Origin: a virus
Lineage: Duplodnaviria; Caudoviricetes
IMG/VR virus record: IMGVR_UViG_3300007214_000006
Strand: one strand, 5' to 3'
Length of the DNA: 64,000 bases
The translations under genes and the position numbers were made by a program. The notes below the pieces were generated by a model. It saw only the letters and a list, made by a program, of their open reading frames with translations, was not told the DNA's origin and made no database searches. Shown here one piece after another: positions 9,208-19,300 of this stretch. Each line of letters opens with the position of its first letter. Position 1 is the stretch's first letter.

Positions 9208-12200
9208 TTAACTAAAATCATACGGTATCCAATATGTTTCGTCTTTAGATTTGACCATCTCTCTTCCTCTGTGCTCGACCCCATCCACACTTCCAAAATA
9301 AGTTCTAAATAACATTTCGTTAAGCCACTGGTAATAAACATTTGGCGGTGCTACATAAGAGCCGGTTTTAGAATCAATACATTTCCAAACTCTAAAAGAT
9401 GAATCAGACGGGCCACCAGGAGCTGGGAGGATACTTTTTGTTAATTCCCCAAAATTATTTGGCTCGTAAAGATCAAATTCAAGATCTTTATTCCTTAATA
9501 ATCTTGGTATTCTTTTAAACTCAACATAGAGTTCGTTTGTATTATCTAAATTAAAAATATTATATACTTTATTTTTTAAATCTCCATCTGGCTCTATATC
9601 AGGATTTTCTGGACCAATAGGCGTGATATATTCATAAATTCCTATAACTTCCTGAGCCCTTTCTTTACCATCAAGACTTAGAAAAAATTTTCTTTCTATT
9701 ATATAATTAGGATTATTTTCTTCTGGCCATTTTACTTTTGTATATTTAGATTTTATAGCTTCTATACCTTCATCTGATAATTTATATTCAAATCCATAGA
9801 GTCCTCTGTTATTATTAAAACTTTCATTTACACCTATATCTTCTGGAATATCATTTACTGATGGCTGAATACATATTGTTTTAGCATTTAAAGTTACAAT
9901 ATCATTGTAGCCTAAACATTTAAATTTTACAGTCTTTAATACTTTTGGGCTTCTATCTTTATCGATAGCACAACCCTGTTCTGGATCTATATTTATCCAA
10001 TATAAATTTTTGTTTTCTTTTTCTTTAATAGTCAGGGACTGGTCATTATTTTGCGTTATCTGAATATTAATATGAGGTATACTAGCAATGTTATCTATAG
10101 GATTTTCTAGTTTATTTAAATAATATTCTATATTATTTTTTTCATCGTATAATTGCCTTAATACTATCATAGCTTCTTCTTTTTCTGAATACATTTGTTT
10201 ATTTCCTTCAGAAGAAGAAAATGGAAAAATGCCATATGTTTTTGATAATTTTTTACTTTCTGTGATTTTAGCCTCTATGAGATCTTCTAGAACCAACAAT
10301 CTATCTTTTAATTTAGGTAAATCTCCAGGATTTTCTAATTTATATATTTTAATTGGAGTTAAATTTTTATCAAATATAATTGTTCCTGTCAAAAAACCAC
10401 CATCTTGTCTACTCAGGTCGATATCAATTTCTGTAATTTCATTATTAAGAATCTGCTTTTCGTACACATTAAAATGAATATCTTTAAATATTTTGTTATA
10501 TATTTTACCATATTCTTTATTGATATTATTATCTATATATATGTGTTTATGTTTATTTATAGAATTATTAATATTATTTGTTTTATATATAAATGCATGA
10601 CTTTTAATAGTGCCATCAATTTTTGTATTGGAGTTATCAAGTATAATGGAGCAGGTATTTCTATCTAATGAAGAATTTTTTCTATAATGAATTCTATCTA
10701 TAAATGGAATAATCTTGCTTTGTATATCTGGTTCGGACAAAGTAAATCTTGTGGTAACATTCGAACCATACCCATAATTACCAACTCCCCAAGCAGAAAT
10801 ATTTTGATCTTCTGACATATTCGTATTTATTGCTTGACTATTGCCGAAAGACCAAATATTTAAAGGTATAATATTTTTATTATCAATAGTAGTATACTCA
10901 TCATCCATAACTATAATTCTATTACTATTTTTTTCTGACAACGAGATAATGCTCCCAGATTCTGCAGAAGATTCAAGAATTAAAATAGTTTTATAGGATT
11001 CTGAATCAAATATATATCCAATATTTAATATATTATTCTCTAGAATATTGTGTTGCAGCAAAAAGATTTGGCTCTCTAAATAGGTCAAAACAAAATCTTT
11101 TTTGTTCTCAGTTTTGTAATCGGCTAGTCTTTTTTTAAATGTTTCCAACGATTCAGTATCTATATCTTCTGGTTTTTTAGGAGTAAATTCTACTATTTTT
11201 TTATTGTTTTCGAAAAAATAATATGCCCTTAAACCTTCTATAACTACCAGCCTTTTTTCGTCTATTAATGTATCAAAATTATCTGTATTTTTAGTCAAAT
11301 CAAAAATATTATTATATTTTACATAATTATCGGTATATAACATATCCTTAAAGCTATTAATGGGTTTACCAGGAATACCCCCTAGTCCCATTAAACTTTT
11401 TACAAATATATAAACCTGTTTTCTATCTTTATTTCCGCTTATATGACAGATATCATCATCATATAACTTAGTGTCTAAAGGATCAATCTCCCCATCTTCT
11501 GTTAAAGTCTTTATATAGTTTTTATAAAAAATATCTATAAAATTATCGTCTTGTACAAGATTACTTTTGAATAAAGATAAATTTCTTAGGTATCCATCAT
11601 AACATAGTTTATAAAATTTATATTTTGGTTTATTCATAACTACTGAATTATTATATTTAAATATAGAAGCTTCTAACTTATAAAACATTTCATTATCTTT
11701 TGATATGCTCAATAAAACTTTGTCAGAAGATCCAACAGGATATTTCTGATAATTCGGAACATACCAATCTTGATTAAATGTATCTCTTTGTCTCTGAGTT
11801 CTCATAGAGTTTAAAGTATCGACAAGAACCCTTGTCTGTTCGTTCATTGCTGAATCAAATCCACCAAAACCAGCCGCAGCCCCTATCAGGGTTATTGGAA
11901 AAATAAATAATAAAGGCATAATAACCAAAGGATTAGGTTGGGAATATTTAGGAATATTAATATTTTCTTTAGAATATCTACATAATCTACCATCTATAGT
12001 GTAAGCATTAGGAGCATTAATCACAGAAGGAGGTAATAAATGTAATTTATCAGTCAAATCAGCAATAAAATTGTATCCAGGAATAGATGGGTTTTCATTT
12101 TCATATTTAATATTGCCTAACATATCTCCAGGAATAAATCCATGATTATTCTCTGTTCTATGTAAAATAAGTTCCCAATTACAAAGACTATTTTGAACAA

Positions 12201-15200
12201 GGTTTGATCTATTTCTTTGTATACACGAATCAAACCCCGTCATTTGTTGCGTGGCTATAACTCTATCATATGGCTCAAAAATATCGGATTCATCGGTTAC
12301 AGCTATACACAAAGTAAATGTAGTATCAGAAGAATTGGGCGCTTGATTGGATTCTTTGCTTTGAGAAAATAATGGCATGCCTATAACTTTGCTAAATTTA
12401 TGACTATTATTGCATAATTTATTTTCTATCATAATTTTTTTGTACTTAGCAACCTCTATATCGGAATATCCAGCAGCACTAAGTGTTGCAGATAAGTCTA
12501 TTGTGTTATTTATTTTATTAGAAACATTATTGTCTATATATAGGGTGGATTCAGTATAATTATTATTGGATGCGTTTTTATATATGTCTAGAAGATCAGA
12601 AAATTTAATATTAACATTATATTCATAATCTTCTATGTGTTCTTGATTTAATAAATAAATTCTATAAACAGGATCTCTCGGGGTTTTGGGATCATCTTTA
12701 AATGGTGAGATACTACTTTCTCCTTTTAATGAAATATTATCATTCATATACCACAACGAATATAAAAACTTTTTAATTTCGTCAGGGTGGGTTGCTGGTG
12801 CGCCGACACCTTTTATCTCCCCGTATCGGTCTGGCAAAGAAGAAAATTCTGCATATTTTTGATAATATGAGTCTTTAAACCAAGGATCTTTTGGTTTGCT
12901 TGGATTACCATCTTCAGACGGTGGAGGATTCAGTCTTTCTGATACATTTGCACATGGATATATTTCTAACCAGATTACTAAATTTTTCGGATTAACATAA
13001 TTAAGAAAATTTAATTTCACTTCTATATTGCCTATGCTTGATCCACCGTGCCTATTCCACCTTAATCTCCTCTTTCCTTTAGATTTTCTATCTTTAAATG
13101 GTATCAATGAGCCAGGTCGAGAAAAAGTATAACTAGTATAGTAATTATTTTCTGCTATATTATCTGTACAATAATTATCTGATGATACCGGATTATCATC
13201 TTCTATAGCCAGGTTTTGATCGAATTCATCATTATAATTTAATGTTTTTAATGATACATTTCCTCCTATACTTCTATATCCATAATTTGTAATATAATCT
13301 CCTACCTCGGCTCTTTCGTATGCCTCAAGATCTTCATCGTTTTTGATATTATTTGGATCATATGCTATTTTATCTACTTTTAATAATATTGAGCTTTTGT
13401 ATATTCTTGTTTGACCATCTAAAAAATCGTTATCTAATGTGTGAAATCCTGGTCCTTTAAATACTTGTACGTCTCTATTATATGGATCAAAATTAACAAC
13501 AGAAGATAGGTTATTAAATTGTTTAGAATTTGTCCAACCATGATAGGGGTGGAAACATCCTTTTCTGAATAGTATCGGAGATCCGAAAGAAAGATCTGTA
13601 TCATGACATAAATGAGTTACCGTTCCATCATCTCTTTTATTGCCATTTAAAAGTTCTTCTTTTGTATCTATATTTTTAAGATAGGATCCTGGTCGTGGAT
13701 GATATGGAATATTAATATTTAATGATTTTATAATATCTGCAGAAAACCCTCCATATGCGCCAACATTTAAATGATTTGTTGATAATTCAGTTGGAGCTTT
13801 TACAGAAACAGTCTCGTCGTTATCCGAAGGGTCTATAAAATCAAATCCAGAAAGATTCGAACCACCATCCAATATAAACCCGGCTTGATCCACAATCCCC
13901 TCATATAAAGAAGGACACCCTAATCCTTTCTCTGTAGGATCTGATAAATGAGTTAGAGTAATTCTATCTAAAATAATAATAGTATTATTACAATCATATG
14001 TTATAGAAAAAGGACACTGCAAATTTTGTATAATTTTATTACCTTTTTTATCCATAACCATAGGTATAGCAAATTTATGATAATTATTACCTAAAGGTAT
14101 AACTGCTGGGGGTAAACTATTTCCAGGGCCTGGTGGTTCATCAGGATTAGCTAAACCTTGAGGAACTTTTACAGAACAGTCTGTGTATGATGGCCAAAAT
14201 ACTCCTTGTTTTCCTATATAGCATTCTCGAATATTAGGAATCATTATAGATAAATTTCTTCGAGCTTCTATATATTGTACTGAAGCTGGTCGCAATCTGG
14301 TGAATCTGGTATAGGATGTAGTAATAATAGTATTTTCTTCTTCTGTTTGTTCCCTATCTTCTCCTTCTATGTTTGTTTTTTTTGTTTCTATTATTCCATT
14401 AACATGTATGGTAACAGTATCATATATTGTAGCAAAAGATGTTCTAACACGGACTTCTAAAACATATTTCCCTGGAGCCTTAATGAAAATCTTTGGCCCC
14501 GCTGATGTGGCTGTTTCGTATCTGAGAGTTGGTTGTTTGGGATCTCCAAATCTTATGCAATCAGTTCCGGAAACTCTTCTCCATAATATATCTGGAGCTT
14601 CAGCTCCTATTATACTAGTTTCATATTTTTGATTATATTCTATTGCGTCTGGTAGTTGATATTCGATTTCTTTTATAGAAGATGCATCTTGTCTTCCAAA
14701 GTCTATTTCTATGTCAGGACCAGCTGTAATAGGTATTCTAATATTTTTTATTTTAGTTTTTTCTATATCCCATAATGGTATAATATTTTTTTCGGCAGGA
14801 TTTTGTGAGTTTTCTAAAATTATTTTTGTAGCGGTATTATCAAAATTTGTTTTTATATTGAAAAATCCCGCACTAATAGAAACATTATTATAAATTGTCT
14901 GATTAAATAAATTTTTATCACATTTACTAGTTATTTCTTGATTAATCTTGATGTGTGGCCCATTAGGTAATCCTTCTCTATATTTTAATTCAGAAATATT
15001 TTCTAATTTAAGTTTTGATCCATACTTATGTATAATCTTATAAAATAAATCACTACGTGTAGAAACAAAACCATTAGAGTATGTAGATTGATGATTTGTT
15101 TTTAAGTTTACATTAGTATTTAAATCAGAAAAATATTTTGTTATTATATTTAGTGCTTGCTTTACAATTGTTATTTCATTTTCAACCGACCTAGGTACAG

Positions 15201-16314
15201 AGTTTATAAATTCGAAAATAAAATCTTGAATCTGTTGGTCTCTCAAAATAGATACGGTTGTTCTATCAATTAAAGGATGAGTAGCAAGTAAATGGCAAAT
15301 TTTTTTAAATAATTTAGATTGCAAAGAAGTTAAATTGGGTAAGGGTACCATCGCTCCCTTCATTCTTTGAATTCTTCTTTTATTGAGATTGGCAGATAAC
15401 GCATGATATACTTCTCTATATATATTAGATAGAGATGGAGATATGAATGATGAAGAACAGGATTTATTTTCATAAGCTTCTACTCTTATTTCTGGAGATC
15501 TAAAATAACTATATGTATCTCCGTAAGGTATCCATAAAGATACATTTGAGCTTGAATCTATAATAGGATCTTCATTGTCTAAATTGATAGTAAATAATAT
15601 GTCTTGTTTTGTTGTATTTTCATTAGAGGCCAAAAGATTATTTATGGTAAAATATCTAAGATTTGTTGATGGTAAAAAATCTTGATTTTTCTTTGACAAC
15701 GGAGCTTGATCTGGCAGCAATATTCTATCTTTATCTACTTTGATTAAATTTGTTGTATCGTTTAATTGGATAATATAATTTTCATTAATTTTAATTTTAT
15801 AATATTGATTATCTTTATTTGGTAATAATCTGATAGAACTTCCAATAGGAATTTCATCTATAGTTAATCCAGACGAAGAAGAGCTATTTCTTTTGAACCA
15901 AAACATAAGCCCATACTCTGGATAAAATGGACATAGTTCAGACGTTAGTATCCAGTCTGTTGACATAAATGGAGAATCATTTATTTCCCAACTCTGAAAT
16001 TGTGGCCTAAATATATAAACCGCATCCTCTACTCCTAAGTTTGGAGTAAATGTGGTAGCTCCTCTATATAAACTTATAGTATTAATATAACTGTTTTTAC
16101 TTGTGACGAATACCGGATGCCAAACATCGGTTTCTTGTGTAAAATATATATTTTTCTTTATAAAATTTATAGCATTTGTCATATCCACGTCACTAGAATG
16201 CAAATTAGACATACCATTCCAAGAATATATTATCTTTGATTCTTTGGAATTATATGTATAACTGTATAAATCATCAAAGAAAGACTTATCATAAAAAACA
16301 CAATTCTTAGCCAT
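9208..16314 (-). CDS. Giant virion/tail-tip protein (2368 aa) with a PKD/Ig-like domain and an expanded P-domain-like jelly roll
   Basis: ILWRRVSG..PGKYVLEVRV..DTVTIHV (PKD/REJ-like); last large gene of the tail operon. Confidence 0.6.
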   Translation of the reverse strand: MAKNCVFYDKSFFDDLYSYTYNSKESKIIYSWNGMSNLHSSDVDMTNAINFIKKNIYFTQETDVWHPVFVTSKNSYINTISLYRGATTFTPNLGVEDAVYIFRPQFQSWEINDSPFMSTDWILTSELCPFYPEYGLMFWFKRNSSSSSGLTIDEIPIGSSIRLLPNKDNQYYKIKINENYIIQLNDTTNLIKVDKDRILLPDQAPLSKKNQDFLPSTNLRYFTINNLLASNENTTKQDILFTINLDNEDPIIDSSSNVSLWIPYGDTYSYFRSPEIRVEAYENKSCSSSFISPSLSNIYREVYHALSANLNKRRIQRMKGAMVPLPNLTSLQSKLFKKICHLLATHPLIDRTTVSILRDQQIQDFIFEFINSVPRSVENEITIVKQALNIITKYFSDLNTNVNLKTNHQSTYSNGFVSTRSDLFYKIIHKYGSKLKLENISELKYREGLPNGPHIKINQEITSKCDKNLFNQTIYNNVSISAGFFNIKTNFDNTATKIILENSQNPAEKNIIPLWDIEKTKIKNIRIPITAGPDIEIDFGRQDASSIKEIEYQLPDAIEYNQKYETSIIGAEAPDILWRRVSGTDCIRFGDPKQPTLRYETATSAGPKIFIKAPGKYVLEVRVRTSFATIYDTVTIHVNGIIETKKTNIEGEDREQTEEENTIITTSYTRFTRLRPASVQYIEARRNLSIMIPNIRECYIGKQGVFWPSYTDCSVKVPQGLANPDEPPGPGNSLPPAVIPLGNNYHKFAIPMVMDKKGNKIIQNLQCPFSITYDCNNTIIILDRITLTHLSDPTEKGLGCPSLYEGIVDQAGFILDGGSNLSGFDFIDPSDNDETVSVKAPTELSTNHLNVGAYGGFSADIIKSLNINIPYHPRPGSYLKNIDTKEELLNGNKRDDGTVTHLCHDTDLSFGSPILFRKGCFHPYHGWTNSKQFNNLSSVVNFDPYNRDVQVFKGPGFHTLDNDFLDGQTRIYKSSILLKVDKIAYDPNNIKNDEDLEAYERAEVGDYITNYGYRSIGGNVSLKTLNYNDEFDQNLAIEDDNPVSSDNYCTDNIAENNYYTSYTFSRPGSLIPFKDRKSKGKRRLRWNRHGGSSIGNIEVKLNFLNYVNPKNLVIWLEIYPCANVSERLNPPPSEDGNPSKPKDPWFKDSYYQKYAEFSSLPDRYGEIKGVGAPATHPDEIKKFLYSLWYMNDNISLKGESSISPFKDDPKTPRDPVYRIYLLNQEHIEDYEYNVNIKFSDLLDIYKNASNNNYTESTLYIDNNVSNKINNTIDLSATLSAAGYSDIEVAKYKKIMIENKLCNNSHKFSKVIGMPLFSQSKESNQAPNSSDTTFTLCIAVTDESDIFEPYDRVIATQQMTGFDSCIQRNRSNLVQNSLCNWELILHRTENNHGFIPGDMLGNIKYENENPSIPGYNFIADLTDKLHLLPPSVINAPNAYTIDGRLCRYSKENINIPKYSQPNPLVIMPLLFIFPITLIGAAAGFGGFDSAMNEQTRVLVDTLNSMRTQRQRDTFNQDWYVPNYQKYPVGSSDKVLLSISKDNEMFYKLEASIFKYNNSVVMNKPKYKFYKLCYDGYLRNLSLFKSNLVQDDNFIDIFYKNYIKTLTEDGEIDPLDTKLYDDDICHISGNKDRKQVYIFVKSLMGLGGIPGKPINSFKDMLYTDNYVKYNNIFDLTKNTDNFDTLIDEKRLVVIEGLRAYYFFENNKKIVEFTPKKPEDIDTESLETFKKRLADYKTENKKDFVLTYLESQIFLLQHNILENNILNIGYIFDSESYKTILILESSAESGSIISLSEKNSNRIIVMDDEYTTIDNKNIIPLNIWSFGNSQAINTNMSEDQNISAWGVGNYGYGSNVTTRFTLSEPDIQSKIIPFIDRIHYRKNSSLDRNTCSIILDNSNTKIDGTIKSHAFIYKTNNINNSINKHKHIYIDNNINKEYGKIYNKIFKDIHFNVYEKQILNNEITEIDIDLSRQDGGFLTGTIIFDKNLTPIKIYKLENPGDLPKLKDRLLVLEDLIEAKITESKKLSKTYGIFPFSSSEGNKQMYSEKEEAMIVLRQLYDEKNNIEYYLNKLENPIDNIASIPHINIQITQNNDQSLTIKEKENKNLYWINIDPEQGCAIDKDRSPKVLKTVKFKCLGYNDIVTLNAKTICIQPSVNDIPEDIGVNESFNNNRGLYGFEYKLSDEGIEAIKSKYTKVKWPEENNPNYIIERKFFLSLDGKERAQEVIGIYEYITPIGPENPDIEPDGDLKNKVYNIFNLDNTNELYVEFKRIPRLLRNKDLEFDLYEPNNFGELTKSILPAPGGPSDSSFRVWKCIDSKTGSYVAPPNVYYQWLNEMLFRTYFGSVDGVEHRGREMVKSKDETYWIPYDFS

Positions 16315-19300
16315 TAATTATTTCCTATTAAAATCCACTTACCGTTTTCGAATAAAAACATCCCTCTTTTTTGTATTCCTGCATTTATATTAAAATTAAA
16401 TCTGGTATTGTCAAAAATAATTGGGATCCTCGGTGCATTTTCTGGTTTTTTGAAACCTTGAATATATGTCAAAGATATTATAGCATTATTACCAGCAGTA
16501 ATATTACCAAAAACAATAAAAGATTGCTTAGAAATAGGCTCATAAAAACCAGAAGAAGTATCATATCTACATAATAGTTTTGCTCCTCTTGGCGCAGTAT
16601 AGCCACATCTGTCTTTCACATAAACTAATTTTCTAATTCCATAATCCATAGGCATAATAGAATATTCAACATCATCAATAAATGCTCTTGTAGGATAAGA
16701 TTCAGAACTACCGTTGGGCAATATCATATCTTCTTCTAGTGTTATATAAACCATTTTATATGGGCATTTATTTTTAGTGTTACTTTTACTTACAAAATTA
16801 TTTAACAAAGATATGTCGTTACCGCTAGCCACAATATATGGAGGTAATATTTCTCCTTCGCATCCTCCGCCGCTAGCTGACCAAACTCTTCTGTCGTTAT
16901 CCCATCTTACATCTATAGGCCCAACAGGCCAAAGATCAGGGCGCTCTGCCCAGTTTAAATGAAAATATTTACTTTTTGTTTTTACCCATTCATTGCCATC
17001 CTTTTTATATCCTTTACCTATAATATCTCCTAATAAATTATTTGATGTTGGTAAAAAAGCACCATCTTTTGTTAAATCATTGGTTCCAGAGGCTGTTAAT
17101 ATAAATCTTTTTGGTCTTCCATAATTATCTATTTCTAATGGTTCATCAGCCGCATTTGGCACAGGATACCCTTCCGTATCATAACCCCAACCATGCATCA
17201 TCAAAGGTCCTCTTAATCCAAAAAATCTTTGATTTAATAAAATGTTTTCATTAGTATTATATTTATATGTTAAATCTATATCATAAAAATCTTTATTTAC
17301 TGTTTTGCTTAAATCTGTAACTTTCATTAGTTCATTGCTCTCTAGTCCAACTTGATATTCCGAAGATGGTACTCTACTTACGCAAAATTGTCCTGTTTGT
17401 GGATCATATAAGCTTTGTAGATTTTTAGTTATATCAAGACTCTCAAAATCTATAGGAGCATATTCTGATCTTCCTATCACAGCTATACTATGTCTTGATC
17501 TTTCGCCGCTTGTGGGTGGTTGTGCATTAGGGTTCTTAAATTCGCCAAAAGGAACTACTATAGGATTTAAAGATAGAATATTTATTTCTCCAGGAGCATC
17601 TGTATCTGTGGATTCTCCAGATGGATATACTATCTTTGAGCCACAACATAATGGACAAGGATAATCTATTTCATTTTCAAAATCATCTGTATCTTTACTA
17701 GCAATAGACGCTTTATAAAAACCTAATCCTCCGCACTTTGGACAGATAACATTTTTCTTTTTTAGATCATTCGTTATACATCTTGAAGAAAGCGAATATG
17801 TACTTCCAAATACTGTAGGATAAAATGATATCGGAGAAAAAAATCCATCCATACTCATTACTGATTTAGAATCATATTCTTTTGACAACTCAGATAATAT
17901 TTCATTTGGCATATACAATGCCGTTTTAGTATGATGCCTCTCTAATTTTGAACCAGAAGCTCCAGGGTCTTGAGAAACTATGTGACTTTTAGGAATATAA
18001 TGCATAGCTCTGCCGATAAATACCTCGGACGGGCTTCTGCCATAAATTTTGGATTCGAAAGCTGATAAAGACGTATTAGATCTAGTACTCGAAGCATTAG
18101 AGGTTAGTTTATTTATTTGGTTAATAATTTTCTGTTCAAATTTTGTTTGCATATCCGCCATTTTTTTAAGCAATGATATCCTAGAAGTAGAAAATTGTTT
18201 GATTCTATCGGCATTTTCTTTGCTATATATGCCCAATTTTTGAGAGTATGTTCTAAAATTATAATTTGTAGACACGCCATTTACTGAACCATTAGTAGAA
18301 ATACTACTAAGAATTAAGCCTGTATAGTTATCTATATAATTTTTAGGCAAAACTGCACAAGCAAAGCCATATACATTTTGTGTAAAAAATGTATGAATGT
18401 CGTTGTCTGTTAAACCGATTGTCAAGCCGCCAGCTAAACCACATATTGGCGGACCATAGATAGAAATTTGTCCATTTTCTAAAACAGACTGATATGACGT
18501 TTCTGCTGTTATTGTATTGATAACCAATAAATCCAATGCTGACGCTCCTCCTGTTTGCCACGGAACAAACTCTTCTTTTCTTTCGACTTTCACATCAGAT
18601 ATTAATTGTTCTAAAGAATTTTGCGTATTTAATATACCAGGAAAGATAACAGATTGATTATTTAAGCTAGGATAATTTGTCCATGGTCCATAACAAAATA
18701 AATTGGATTTTAATGGAATTCCAGCGAATAGAGGTTGCGCCATTTTGGGACTGATGCTTTCGTGTTTGGAAGATTGGTCAGATGAATCTCCTTCAGATAC
18801 TAAAAATCCATTATCTAAAATAGGAATACAATATGACATCAAAATCTTTTTTAGCCCAGGAGTTAATAAATTCTTTTTCTCCAAAACAGCTAAATCTTCT
18901 ATAGCAACATTAGCTATAACAGTAAGATTAGGATCTTTAGTATAAGAATAACTACTATTAAATAATTCTATACCAGGAGAATCAATAATAACCCTCGGCC
19001 CAATCAAATTATTCGGATCCCAAAAGCATATATCATCACATGTTGTGGTTATATATAATTTTTGTGATGGTGCATAAAATATTGATCTTTTTATTTTTTC
19101 GTTATTACCAGAATCCTGTTTCTTTCCTTCATCATCAGAATCTTGTTCTTTATTCTCTTCTGCTGGCTTTTCTACCACCGATGAAGTTGCGGACCTCCCA
19201 AAAGCATCCTGACGCACATCGTTTGTATTAATCAATAAATAATCTTGACCAATAGAGGAGAGATTAATAGATGGAACTATTTTTTTTTCACAGTTAATTG

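Noticed and set aside
9204-9341. N-terminal extension of the 157-aa ORF 8868-9341
   Set aside because: Overlaps the 3' end of the 2368-aa gene on the same strand; the ATG at 9203 (or 9221) gives normal coupling
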